This document shows, piece by piece, positions 10,977 through 21,229 of a stretch of DNA of 64,000 nt; position 1 is the stretch's first letter, and each line of letters begins with the position of its first letter. The position numbers and the translations under genes are program-made. The notes beneath the pieces are model-generated. The model made no database searches. It was not told the origin of the DNA and saw only the letters and a program-made list of their open reading frames with translations. The stretch comes from a bacterium (GTDB taxonomy: Bacteria; Hinthialibacterota; Hinthialibacteria; Hinthialibacterales; Hinthialibacteraceae), in assembly GCA_963663405.2 (NCBI GenBank), contig CAXXSM010000110.1, forward strand, positions 96,001 to 160,000. Reading direction: 5' to 3'.

Positions 10977-13900
10977 CGGTACTGCGCTTCGAGTTTTTCA
11001 TGCTCCTGTTTCTGGCGATTCTCCTCCAACAATGCGCTTAATACGGGAGCAGTTTGTACCGCCACGCTTTCCAACAATGCCTGGTCTTCTGGACTATAGC
11101 CCCCCGGTTTATTGGCGATGAGATAATGACCGATCAGTTTATCGCGGTGAATGATCGGCTCCGACAGTACATTTTCCAACTCCATATTTCCAACCGGTGA
11201 ATGGAGAGACTCATTTTTCAGAAACGGTTTCTTTTCAATCAGGGACTGTACCCAAAAACCGCCCCATGAGGATTTCGGGTAAACGAAATGTTTGTTGTTC
11301 TTTTGAGATGAATTCCAACCATCCCGTGTGACGGATGGACAGATCAAGTCACCGGAATCATCGATATAGCCAAAATAGCCGAAACGGCTTTCCAGCGCGT
11401 TAAGGATCACGTCCAGCGCTTCCGCATACATGTCTTCCTGCCCGGACGTCAGAAAAACATTCGCGATGCGATTGTTCAACGAAATCGTTCGTTGATGGTA
11501 TAGCAATTCTTTTTCGGCGTGTTTGCGATCTGTGATGTCTCGGATAAATACAACAAATCGGTCTTTTCCAAAGTGCGAAAAGCTGACGCTGACTTCCACA
11601 TCGATTAAATTACCGTCTTTATGTCGATGACGAGTCTCGAATCGTTGATATCCTTGATCTCGTAAATAGTCCATACGCCTTTTCGTATCATCGCAGGTTT
11701 CGAGCGGATTGATATCACCGATCGAAAGTGCTTTCATTTCCTCGACACTATACCCCAGCATCTTGGCCGCGGCGGGATTGGCTTCCAGCACACATCCCTC
11801 TTCATTGACGATCCAGAAGCCATCGTTAGTTGTTTCAAGAATCTTGGCGTAGATAGTTTCCCGCTCAACCTGGTCAGAAATATCAAAGGCGATAGCCAGA
11901 ACGATCCGTTTTCCACTAAGAATGACCGCGCTGCGGTAAATTTCAGTGGGGTAGCGCGAACCATCTTTTCTTGTGTGTTTTGTTCCAATCATCCTGGCTT
12001 GTCCTGTCTTGAGTTTATGCCAAAGATCGATCCGGGCGTCTCTCGAAAGACTGGAATGATCTATATCGTTTACAGTCATGCTCAACAGTTCGTCCCTTGA
12101 GTAACCTGTGTCTTGGCAGGAGACTTCGTTAATCAGGATCAAGCGGCCATCCATGTCATGCGCGAAGACGCCAACCGGCAAGCTTTCGATAATCATTCGA
12201 AAACGCAACTCACCTTCTCGTAACGCTTCCTCAGCCCGCTTCCGGTCCGTGATATCCCGGGCGAAGCCCATAAACTGTATTGTGTTTGGGATTTCCATAC
12301 GAGAAATCGTGATCTCCACTGGATAGAGCGCGCCATCTTTTCGCTTGTGATACGACTCAATAGCCACTGGCTGGTCTGGCGCAATGGATTCATAAAATTT
12401 CGTGAGAGTATCAGGAGTCGTTTCGGAATCAATATCAGTAACGTTCATACGAAGGAGTTCCTCACGGGTATAACCCGTCACACGGCATGCCTGCTCGTTC
12501 ACTTGAATCAGCTGGCCATCCAGTTTCGATATGTAGATTGGATCCGCGGCTTTTTCAAACAAAATTCGCAGCCGTTCTTCACTTTCCTGTAGTATTTCTC
12601 CGGCTTTTTTATTCTCCGTAATATCCCAAAAAATGCCTTGCAGACCGATCATGGCTCCTTCTGAATTCCGCAACGGAGATTTGATTACTTGAACAAATGT
12701 TTGTTCCCCCCCGGTCGATACATTTTCTTCAACAGTTTCAAACAATTCTTCTGATTCCATGACCCTTCGATCATCTCGCTGATACTTCTCCGCCAGTTCA
12801 GAAGGGAAAATATCGAAGTCAGTACGGCCGATGATGTCGCCTTTCGACAATCCCACGATTTGACAGAAATTATTGTTTACATAAGTAAATCTCCCTTTTA
12901 CGTCCTTGCGGAAAATATTCTGAGGCAGGTTTTCAACCAGGGAGGAATAGAGCGCCTCTGAGTTTTGTAACGATTGCTCCGCCTGTTTCCGGTCTGTAAT
13001 ATCACGAGCGATCCCCCACAAAAACTCAATCCCCCCATTTTCGTTTGTCGCTACATACGACTGCAATTCGACCGGAAAAAAACGTCCATCTTTGCGGATG
13101 TACTCTTTTTCATAGATGCCAGAATGATGTTTTTTCAGCAACCGCTGTTCCCATATCTCTGTTCGTTCCCATTCACGCCAACGAGCGGGAGTAATCTGAT
13201 AGAAATTCTCTAAATCTCTAAGTTCGTCCAGAGAATAACCCAGCATGTCACAATAGGCCTGATTCGCATCGATAATACGACCGTTCGTATCGACCATCAC
13301 ATACCCATCCCGGCTACTTTCAAAAATCTCTCGATAGCGCTTCTGGTTAACGTGGAACCGTTTCTCGATTTCAATCTTATGTAGCGCAAAAGAGAGATCA
13401 TCAGCGATTTCTTTTAGGAGTCGCTGTTCTTCTGTGTCAGAGGCATACGTTTTGGGAACCGATACGACGAGAGTTCCGGATACATGGCCTTCAAAAGCGA
13501 GACGGCTAGTCAGCCCAGCCCGATCCGCATAGGTGCAGGCCAGTGGGCAGTTGAAACATTCAGAGGATGGATCCTTCACAATTATAAGATCGTCTTGTTT
13601 TTGTGCTTGGGTTATACAAAAAGGGAGTTCTCCTCGTTCGAGACATTCCTTCATACCATTAAAATCTCCGTTGAATCCAGAGGAAACCACCTCTTTCACT
13701 GTAGAGCCGGTTTCGTTAAATAGAACGATCCAGGCGTTATAGAATCCTCGCGTTTCAGTCATATTCGCGCAGGCTCGTTCCACCAACCGTCTTGGCTCGC
13801 TCTCGTTGACAATGAGTTGATTGATGTTGCGAATCGCCGCGAGCACTCGATTCTGGTGGTTTAAACGTTCGGTAAGATGGGCTCGTTGTCTGATAAAGCG

Positions 13901-14713
13901 CGCGATGATCACTGCACCGATGAGTGATATGATCACATACAGAAACCGCATGATGAATTCATGCTGTCCCGCCTCAAGAATGGCCACTTTCCAAAAGGTT
14001 TTCCCCGGACTGAAAATAAGGTAATCAATGACTGAATCGATTAACCATAAAATGGCTCCGGCTAGTATGCCGTAAGTGATTATCAATGTAGTCTCAGACT
14101 GACCGGGCCTTGCCCGCAATCCAAAGAAGCGGCGTACAGGGCCTAAGTTAATCGTGGCATAGGCGGTCAAAAGCAAAATATAAGCCGAGAGAGAATGTTT
14201 TATGACGACCGTGTGAATCCAGGCGCTAGGAACATCATTCAAGATAATCGCTGGATTCCAGGGGGGTGGATTTAAGGAGACGAGCCAAGGGAAAACCGTA
14301 TAGAATCCGAATTCGATGATAAGCCGGAAAGGGATTTCCACGACCAGCGCGGATTCATACCAGGGATGATTCTCTTGACGGCGATCGGCCCACCAACCAT
14401 GCCACAGTATCCATAAGGTGAATACCGGCACAGCATACAAAATCCCCCAGCCGTCGGATTTCCAAAGCCACCACATACTCTGACAACCACCGGCCAATGC
14501 GGATAAGAAACCATAACGCCACCCCCATGCCAGAGCCACAATCAAGGGGAAAAAGAGACCGGCTAATATACTGACTTTAAAATCAGCGGATTCGAACAGT
14601 TTCAAATCCAAGAAATTGACGGCGAAGCCGATAAGGCCAAACAAGACGGAGATAATAAGCCGATAGTAAGAAATTGTATTGCCATTGTTTGGATGGCGAT
14701 TTATACTCTCCAT
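9842..14713 (-). CDS. Hybrid sensor histidine kinase: multi-TM N-terminus, GAF, 5 PAS, GAF, HisKA, HATPase, REC
   Basis: ~275 aa hydrophobic N-terminus; PAS/PAC repeats; AHDFNN; DPFFTTK; receiver LVEDE...LTDVIMP. Confidence 0.93.
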   Translation of the reverse strand: MESINRHPNNGNTISYYRLIISVLFGLIGFAVNFLDLKLFESADFKVSILAGLFFPLIVALAWGWRYGFLSALAGGCQSMWWLWKSDGWGILYAVPVFTLWILWHGWWADRRQENHPWYESALVVEIPFRLIIEFGFYTVFPWLVSLNPPPWNPAIILNDVPSAWIHTVVIKHSLSAYILLLTAYATINLGPVRRFFGLRARPGQSETTLIITYGILAGAILWLIDSVIDYLIFSPGKTFWKVAILEAGQHEFIMRFLYVIISLIGAVIIARFIRQRAHLTERLNHQNRVLAAIRNINQLIVNESEPRRLVERACANMTETRGFYNAWIVLFNETGSTVKEVVSSGFNGDFNGMKECLERGELPFCITQAQKQDDLIIVKDPSSECFNCPLACTYADRAGLTSRLAFEGHVSGTLVVSVPKTYASDTEEQRLLKEIADDLSFALHKIEIEKRFHVNQKRYREIFESSRDGYVMVDTNGRIIDANQAYCDMLGYSLDELRDLENFYQITPARWREWERTEIWEQRLLKKHHSGIYEKEYIRKDGRFFPVELQSYVATNENGGIEFLWGIARDITDRKQAEQSLQNSEALYSSLVENLPQNIFRKDVKGRFTYVNNNFCQIVGLSKGDIIGRTDFDIFPSELAEKYQRDDRRVMESEELFETVEENVSTGGEQTFVQVIKSPLRNSEGAMIGLQGIFWDITENKKAGEILQESEERLRILFEKAADPIYISKLDGQLIQVNEQACRVTGYTREELLRMNVTDIDSETTPDTLTKFYESIAPDQPVAIESYHKRKDGALYPVEITISRMEIPNTIQFMGFARDITDRKRAEEALREGELRFRMIIESLPVGVFAHDMDGRLILINEVSCQDTGYSRDELLSMTVNDIDHSSLSRDARIDLWHKLKTGQARMIGTKHTRKDGSRYPTEIYRSAVILSGKRIVLAIAFDISDQVERETIYAKILETTNDGFWIVNEEGCVLEANPAAAKMLGYSVEEMKALSIGDINPLETCDDTKRRMDYLRDQGYQRFETRHRHKDGNLIDVEVSVSFSHFGKDRFVVFIRDITDRKHAEKELLYHQRTISLNNRIANVFLTSGQEDMYAEALDVILNALESRFGYFGYIDDSGDLICPSVTRDGWNSSQKNNKHFVYPKSSWGGFWVQSLIEKKPFLKNESLHSPVGNMELENVLSEPIIHRDKLIGHYLIANKPGGYSPEDQALLESVAVQTAPVLSALLEENRQKQEHEKLEAQYRQAQKMEAVGRLAGGIAHDFNNMLMVINGHAEIAQTNVSPSQPLYENLQEIKKAAQRSADLTRQLLAFARKQTVSPKVLNLNDTVEGMLKMLQRLIGEDIDLAWAPGTDLWQVKMDTSQIDQILANLCVNARDAIAGIGKVTIETGNVRFDEEYCSEHAGFTLGEYVQLAVSDNGCGMDKDTLAQVFDPFFTTKKHGEGTGLGLATVYGVVKQNGGFINVYSEPGQGTAFKIYFPRHTGEEDALQVKRDIKTDSRGSETVLLVEDEPSLQNLGAKVLERLGYRVLATSNPLHAIELAENHSGEIDLLLTDVIMPEMNGRDLADTLKAQFPNLKILFMSGYPDNVIDHHGILDKGVNFLEKPFMPESLTMKVRGILDSP

Positions 14714-14809
14714 TTTAATTCCTCATTACAAACTCCTGCGAATCTATCCATGAATCCGTTGCTTCCCATTTGGCATCGTATGAATCAACTTCGCATTCTT
14801 CCCGATATT

Positions 14810-15445
14810 TTATTCCTTCATGGCCTGCTGATACTTACGATTTGGATTGAGCAAGTGCGAGTAATGCTTCTCCGCGCATTCCGGACACAGGCTATGGCTC
14901 AACATCACATCCAAATTCTTGCTCAAATAATCCTCCAACCGTTCCCAACATTCATGGTCGTTGCGGATTTTATGACAGTGCATACAGATCGGTAAAAGGC
15001 CCTGGAGAGTTTTGATATGCTCCATGGCTTCTTCGAGTTCCTGAATGCGTTCCTCCAGCGCCATTTCTAAAGCGACGACCTGCTCGCCGACTTGGATCCT
15101 CGACAACAATTCCTGGATATCAAACGGTTTCGTAATGTAATCGTGCGCGCCCGCTTGTAGCCCATGAACAATGTCCGCTTTGTTATCGCGGGACGTGACA
15201 AGTATCCGGTAGGGAATATTCCGGGATGACGCCTGCGCGATATTTCGGCAGATTTCGATCCCCTCCATCCCCGGCATCATCCAGTCGATGATCGCCAAAG
15301 GCGGAAACTCGTTATTCTCATAGAGAGCCCAGGCGGCTTCACCCGAAGCGGCTTCAATCACCTCATAACCCCATTCCGTCAGCTTTTTTTTGAGCATATG
15401 GCGAATCGAACGGCTGTCATCCGCGACTAAGATCTGTTTCCGCAT
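14810..15445 (-). CDS. Response regulator: REC, coiled coil and Cys/His-rich putative zinc-binding tail
   Basis: VADD, IIDWMMP, ITKP; tail LLPICMHCHKIR...SHSLCPEC. Confidence 0.9.
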   Translation of the reverse strand: MRKQILVADDSRSIRHMLKKKLTEWGYEVIEAASGEAAWALYENNEFPPLAIIDWMMPGMEGIEICRNIAQASSRNIPYRILVTSRDNKADIVHGLQAGAHDYITKPFDIQELLSRIQVGEQVVALEMALEERIQELEEAMEHIKTLQGLLPICMHCHKIRNDHECWERLEDYLSKNLDVMLSHSLCPECAEKHYSHLLNPNRKYQQAMKE

Positions 15446-15836
15446 ATTTTTTTCCTGCTGATTCGTTTCCCTGTAATCGTTTTGTAATTTGGGCTCTGAA
15501 ATAGGAGGGCGAATACGGTTTTTTGATAATATCCGTCACTCCATTCTCGATCGCGCGTTCGATTTTTCTTTCGTCCGACTCGTCCGTGCAAAGAATGATG
15601 GGCTGAATAAATCCTCTTGCCCGGAGAATGACCGTAGCTTCATATCCCGTCAGTTCCGGCATATGCCAATCGGTTAACACCAAGTCGAACGGTTTGGACA
15701 ACGCTTTTTCAAGCAATTCTTTTCCATTACACGCTTCCTCGATTTCAATAATTCCACATTGTCTCAAATTGTTGCTATGGCATTTCCGAATATCCTCAAA
15801 ATCATCGGCCACCAAGATTCGATAGGGATTTGACAC
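15417..15836 (-). CDS. Single-domain (CheY-like) response regulator
   Basis: ILVADD, LTDWHMP, IKKP; start re-called to GTG 15836 after SD GAAGGAG. Confidence 0.88.
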   Translation of the reverse strand: MSNPYRILVADDFEDIRKCHSNNLRQCGIIEIEEACNGKELLEKALSKPFDLVLTDWHMPELTGYEATVILRARGFIQPIILCTDESDERKIERAIENGVTDIIKKPYSPSYFRAQITKRLQGNESAGKKYAETDLSRG

Positions 15837-15847
15837 GATTTCTCCTT

Positions 15848-18800
15848 CTAATTTTGATCGGACTCGTTCTCGTTGAATTGGTCTTGAATAGCGCCGCACA
15901 ATTCCTGACAGGCGGTTTCGAGCCGCTTTACCTGTTTCTGGACTTGATCCATCGCATTCTCCCGCGCATTGCGTTCCATTGTTTGAGCGATCTCTCGCAA
16001 CAAACTCGCCCCAATATTGGCCGCCTCCCCTTTGATCGTATGCGCGTAACGTTCCACGTCTTTTTTCTCGTCCCGATCTAAGCTTGTTTTCAAGGCCTGC
16101 ACGATTTCCGGAAGATCCTCCAATACCAAAGAGATGACTTCCCGGGCGGTTTCTTCATCGCCTCCCGCATTCCGTACGGCTTCCTCCCAATTTAGGACTG
16201 GTTGGCTGGATGTATTTTTTCCTGTCATACTGTCATCACGCGTTCTCAATTTATCAAACTGATCCAGGGGAGAATCCGGAGAGATTTTCTCTGTTATAGA
16301 TGCCGATTGGAGGGAAATCGGAGAAACTTCATGATTGGTTTGTTTCAAAAACGATTCGATCTTTTCAACTAAATCGTGGGGATTCACGGGTTTGGTCAAA
16401 AAATCATCCATCCCAGCGCGGATGCATTCATCCCGGCTTTCGTCCATGGCGTTCGCCGTCATTGCGATAATGGGAATCTGATGATTGAGGACCGGAGACT
16501 CCGTGCGCCGGATCGTCCGCGTGGCTTCGTAGCCATCCATGACGGGCATTTGACAATCCATGAGAACGATTTCATAGGAATGGGCGCTTAAGCGATCGAT
16601 CGCTTCCTTGCCATTCGAAGCGATCTCCACCTGAAAGCCATATTTTTTCAGGATCGATGAGGCGACCAGCTGGTTGGTCCGGTCGTCTTCGACGAGCAAA
16701 ATACGGCGGTGTTGTTTTTTCGCTTCGGCGATTGTGTGTTTGGTGATTATGCCATCTCTTACTTCCGGCCGCTCTTGTTTTTGTAAACCCAGCGCCAACG
16801 CCAGGCAATCGTGAAGTTGAGTTTGACGAATCGGTTTGGGGAGATAACCCGTAAATCCAATCCGTTCGAATTCTTTGGCGTCTCCTCTCCCGGCGATCGA
16901 GGTCAGCATGATCAATATGGTTTTCTCGATCGCCGGTTCGGATTTGATTTGAACGCCCAATGTTTTCCCATCCATGACCGGCATTTGATAATCAATCAGA
17001 GCAACTTGATACGGGATTCCCGATTCGGCCGCTTTTCGAAGCTGGGTAAGCGCTTCCTCGCCGTTCACCGCTTCGCCGTATTGACAGCCCCAGGACTGAA
17101 GCAGTGTCGAGACTAAAAGCCGGTTCGATTCATGGTCGTCAATAATTAAGACTTTGACGCCGCGGAGTTCAGAAAAATGGGATTCGCTGGTTGGTTCCTT
17201 CTCTGTCTGTTTCTCAAACACCGCCGTAAACCAAAAAGCCGATCCGTTTCCTTGCTCGCTCTCCACGCCGATCTGCCCCCCCATCAGCCGGGTTAATTCT
17301 TTGGAAATGCTGAGCCCCAATCCCGTCCCCCCATGTTTACGCGTCGTGGATTGATCGGCTTGCGTGAAAGGGGAAAACAACGATTCCCGGCGGTGAAGAG
17401 GGATGCCAATCCCCGTATCCGTGATCGTGAAACGCACAGTGACCGATTCCGCGGTTTCTTCTTCTAATTCCACCGCTAAAGAAACTTCCCCAACAGACGT
17501 GAATTTTATTGCATTGCCGCATAGGTTAATCAGAATCTGCCGTAACCGGCCTGGATCCCCACGGAGAAGGGAAGGAATTTCAGGTTTGATTAGATATGTA
17601 AACTCCAATCCTTTTTCCTGCGCCCGCAAGGCCTGCATCTCCACCACGTCTTCAATGGTAAGCCGAAGATCGAAATTCAAAGTCTCCAATTCGATCTTCC
17701 CCGCTTCAATTTTTGAAAAATCTAGAATGTCGTTAATCAGCCTCAGCAGCGATTCGCCGCTGGAGCGCACGATTTCGGCGTAACGATATTGCTCCTTGGT
17801 GAGTTCTGTTTCCAGTAATAAACCCGTCATCCCAATGACCGCGTTCATGGGGGTGCGAATCTCGTGGCTCATATTGGCTAGGAACACACTCTTCGCTTGA
17901 GTCGCTTTTTCCGCCTTGTTACGCGCATAATCCAATTCGATGTTTTTCAATTCCATTTCGCGCGCAAACGCGTCCAGGTTCTGAGACACCTTCTCCGCTT
18001 CTTCCCGCGCCTCGACCAATTCCGTCACATCGATGAAGGATTCAATCCCCCCTGTACTATGCCCCGCTTCGTCATGGATCAGATCCGCGTTTTTAAGGAT
18101 GATCAGACGGCGGCCGTCTTTCGCGCGAATCGAGCATTGTTTGCGGTAGATCGGATCTATACGATCGGGATTATAAAGTCCACACATCGTCATGCAGGGC
18201 TCTCCCCTTAACATCTGGCAATGCCGCCCTACTGTTTCTTCTTCACTGTATCCCGTCAGGGTAGAGAACTCACGATTGACGCTTGTGATGATCATGTTAG
18301 GATCGACTGTGAAGACGGCTGTGGCGGCGGTATCCAGTATGCGCCGCTGAAAATTCTGCGCGGCGCGGCGCTCATGCTCGATACGCTTGCGGTCCGAAAT
18401 GTCACGCAGGATACCGATGGCGTGCCATTGGCCTTTGATTCGGGCCGCTGAAAGAGAGAGTTCCACAGGGATTTGTGCGCCGTTTTTGTGCAACCCGTAC
18501 AGTTCCACTGTTTTCCCAATGGCCGCGCCCTGACCACTAACGCGGAATTGGGCGAAGGCTTCTTGATAGGCCGATCGGTAGTTATCTGGAGCGAGAACCT
18601 CGTGGAGAACCAGATGCAGCGTTTCTTCCGCGGTGTATCCGAAAATCCGTTCAGCGCTCTTGTTCCAATGGATGACTTTGCCATCGTTGTCAATCATCAC
18701 AATCGCTTCCTGCGCCGATTGGCTAATCGCGGATAATACCGTTTCCCTCTCCCGCAGTTCCTCCTCGGCTCGTTTACTCGCTGTAATATCTTTGTCTACA

Positions 18801-21205
18801 CCGCGATACCCCATAAGGTTTCCTTCGTTGTCAAAACGAGGAACGCCGTTTGTCAACAGGTAGACTTCCCGTCCATCTTTCGAACGGTTCAAATTCTCCA
18901 ATTCAACAATAGGTTTTTCTTCTTCTATAATTTGTGTGTATATCGTGGATACGCGCTCGATCTCTTTTTCCGGCATGAAGTCAAATGGCGTTTTCCCTAA
19001 CAGTTCTTCGGGCGCGTAGCCCATGATTGTATCCATTCCACTCGAGACATAGGTATAACGGCCTTGCGCGCCGGTTTCCCAGATCCAATCCGAGGTGCTT
19101 TGCGCGATATCCCGAAAACGCTCTTCGCTCTCGCGTAATTCTTTCTCCACTTGTTTTCGTCTTGTGATGTCCACCGCGATCCCCAGAAATCCAGTGATTT
19201 CCCCTTTTTTATTGCGAATGGCCGTCACGTTCAGGCTGACATAGATCAACTCCCCATTTTTTTTTCTATAAGTCCACTCGCTTTCCTCACTACCGTTTTC
19301 CCGCGCTTTCAAAACAAAGACTTCGAAACCGGTTACAGGCCGGCCGTACTCCTGGCTCAGTTCCCTCCCACGAGTTCTGATTTCCGATTCCAGATGAAAA
19401 ATGGCGGGGGTCTGTTTGCCGGCCATTTCATCCGCGCTGTACCCCAACATACGTTCTGCGCCGGTATTGAATATTGTGATCAATCCCTCCGGATCAGACG
19501 CGATGATTGAAACCTGCAAAGCGGAATCGAGAACACTCCGTAAACGTCTTTCGCTCTCGGCTAACTCGGTTTGTTGTTTTTGGATCCCCAGATCCGTTCG
19601 GCGCAACACGATATACAGAAAACACATCAGAGCTGAAAAAAGAACAAGCGCTCCCCCCGGCACGATGGCAAGAAGCTGGTTTAAGGTTTTTTTTTCTTGG
19701 CTGATATCATACAGGACGATCAGATCCCCCACTGCGGCGCCGGAGACATCCTCGATCGGGCTGACCATGACGCGCCATTGTTTATCGTTGAATTCAGTTT
19801 CAACGTTCACAGTCCGATGGATATGGCCTTCTTCATCAACGAAACGATCGCATGCGGATGGAAAATGCGGCAGGGATGAATAGATGAATACAACATCGGG
19901 GTACCGATCCCAATCGGCGTCCCGTCCGAGCATCTTCATCCCCTTTTGCCACTGCTCTCGATGCAATGCGGTCTTTCGAATAGCCACCGCCAGTTCGAGA
20001 TCCGGTTCGGCGTGAATACCGGCCAAAGCGTCCTCGATCTCTTTACCCAGTTCTAAGTATCCTAGGAGAGCGCCACCGTCGAAAACGGGCCGTACGGCTC
20101 GCAGTGTAAAAGTGCCCAATGGCCCCAATTCGATACCGGAAACCGTTATCCCAGTATGCTCCGCCTCAAGCGCTGTGTAACGTTCGATCCGGTCGCCGTA
20201 CGTTTCCGGTTTATGAACGCGGAGCAGGTTGATCCGGCCGGGAGAATGGAAATAGAAATGTGTAATACCATAGTGTTCTCGTAACTGAGCGAAAAGCGGT
20301 TTGTATTCCGCAAGCAGCCGTTCCCGATCCTGCGCTTTGAGCGAGCCGCGCAGTTTATTTTCGTTGACCAGAACCTGCCCCAAGGCGGACAACTCTTCCG
20401 ATTGATTCGCGAGTGATTTCTTCAGCTGGGCTGAAGTGGTTTTCAATGTTTGTTGGCAAGATTGATCCAGATTTCTGTACTGTAACTTGATTAAAATGAT
20501 GCCGAAACCAGCGACGAGAAGAAACAATACGGTTGATAACGGGATCAGTAAACGGCGTTGAACCGGCTTGACAGAGATAGAAGCGCTGGATTGTGGAGCC
20601 ACGAGTCCAGAAGCCAACAGAATCAACACGATCAACACCAAGCCGGCAGGCGGAGATATACGAGCGGCAATATCCCACATCCAGTCCTCCGCCTTGCTCT
20701 CCATGACGAATATTGCCATCGGCTCGCCGGTTTCTGGATCGAGTAGAGGGATCTGCGCCGCGATCCACGTCCCTGATCGATCGGTGACAGGACCTGCCAC
20801 ATACGCCGTTAGAGTATCGCCGGTATGATCGGTTTCTGGGATTATCCCTTCGTGAATCTGTCCGGTGGACGAATCTTCTTTCGAATTCTCCGGTTCACTG
20901 TCCTCGATGAAGTAAGCCTTCCCATCCGGTTGAAGGCCCAGGAGATAAATAAGCCGGCATTTCTCATTCGCTTGTTTGGCGCGCGCTAATCGTTCCTTGA
21001 GTTTTAAATAATCCGGTGAGTTAAGGTCAACCGTTGCGCCGGATAGCGTCTGGACACGTTTTAGATCCACGGCTCCCACGGCGGCCCGCGCCTCCTGGAG
21101 CGCTTCCTTACGCAGTTGCCGGCCGGTTATCTGAACTTGCCAACAAATAAAGAGCCAACCCGTTATAACTATTAGAAAAAAGAATCCTCTTTGCCGCCAA
21201 TTCAT
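15848..21205 (-). CDS. Unorthodox hybrid kinase: TM/periplasmic region, dCache_3-like domain, 4 PAS, HisKA, HATPase, 2 REC, Hpt
   Basis: HFYFH...LLRVHKP..YGD..RYT Cache motif; FLANMSHEIRTPMN; GGTGLGL; two receivers; Hpt AHTIKGEAANIGA. Confidence 0.93.
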   Translation of the reverse strand: MNWRQRGFFFLIVITGWLFICWQVQITGRQLRKEALQEARAAVGAVDLKRVQTLSGATVDLNSPDYLKLKERLARAKQANEKCRLIYLLGLQPDGKAYFIEDSEPENSKEDSSTGQIHEGIIPETDHTGDTLTAYVAGPVTDRSGTWIAAQIPLLDPETGEPMAIFVMESKAEDWMWDIAARISPPAGLVLIVLILLASGLVAPQSSASISVKPVQRRLLIPLSTVLFLLVAGFGIILIKLQYRNLDQSCQQTLKTTSAQLKKSLANQSEELSALGQVLVNENKLRGSLKAQDRERLLAEYKPLFAQLREHYGITHFYFHSPGRINLLRVHKPETYGDRIERYTALEAEHTGITVSGIELGPLGTFTLRAVRPVFDGGALLGYLELGKEIEDALAGIHAEPDLELAVAIRKTALHREQWQKGMKMLGRDADWDRYPDVVFIYSSLPHFPSACDRFVDEEGHIHRTVNVETEFNDKQWRVMVSPIEDVSGAAVGDLIVLYDISQEKKTLNQLLAIVPGGALVLFSALMCFLYIVLRRTDLGIQKQQTELAESERRLRSVLDSALQVSIIASDPEGLITIFNTGAERMLGYSADEMAGKQTPAIFHLESEIRTRGRELSQEYGRPVTGFEVFVLKARENGSEESEWTYRKKNGELIYVSLNVTAIRNKKGEITGFLGIAVDITRRKQVEKELRESEERFRDIAQSTSDWIWETGAQGRYTYVSSGMDTIMGYAPEELLGKTPFDFMPEKEIERVSTIYTQIIEEEKPIVELENLNRSKDGREVYLLTNGVPRFDNEGNLMGYRGVDKDITASKRAEEELRERETVLSAISQSAQEAIVMIDNDGKVIHWNKSAERIFGYTAEETLHLVLHEVLAPDNYRSAYQEAFAQFRVSGQGAAIGKTVELYGLHKNGAQIPVELSLSAARIKGQWHAIGILRDISDRKRIEHERRAAQNFQRRILDTAATAVFTVDPNMIITSVNREFSTLTGYSEEETVGRHCQMLRGEPCMTMCGLYNPDRIDPIYRKQCSIRAKDGRRLIILKNADLIHDEAGHSTGGIESFIDVTELVEAREEAEKVSQNLDAFAREMELKNIELDYARNKAEKATQAKSVFLANMSHEIRTPMNAVIGMTGLLLETELTKEQYRYAEIVRSSGESLLRLINDILDFSKIEAGKIELETLNFDLRLTIEDVVEMQALRAQEKGLEFTYLIKPEIPSLLRGDPGRLRQILINLCGNAIKFTSVGEVSLAVELEEETAESVTVRFTITDTGIGIPLHRRESLFSPFTQADQSTTRKHGGTGLGLSISKELTRLMGGQIGVESEQGNGSAFWFTAVFEKQTEKEPTSESHFSELRGVKVLIIDDHESNRLLVSTLLQSWGCQYGEAVNGEEALTQLRKAAESGIPYQVALIDYQMPVMDGKTLGVQIKSEPAIEKTILIMLTSIAGRGDAKEFERIGFTGYLPKPIRQTQLHDCLALALGLQKQERPEVRDGIITKHTIAEAKKQHRRILLVEDDRTNQLVASSILKKYGFQVEIASNGKEAIDRLSAHSYEIVLMDCQMPVMDGYEATRTIRRTESPVLNHQIPIIAMTANAMDESRDECIRAGMDDFLTKPVNPHDLVEKIESFLKQTNHEVSPISLQSASITEKISPDSPLDQFDKLRTRDDSMTGKNTSSQPVLNWEEAVRNAGGDEETAREVISLVLEDLPEIVQALKTSLDRDEKKDVERYAHTIKGEAANIGASLLREIAQTMERNARENAMDQVQKQVKRLETACQELCGAIQDQFNENESDQN

Positions 21206-21229
21206 AGTAAGACAATCCTGATTGAATGG

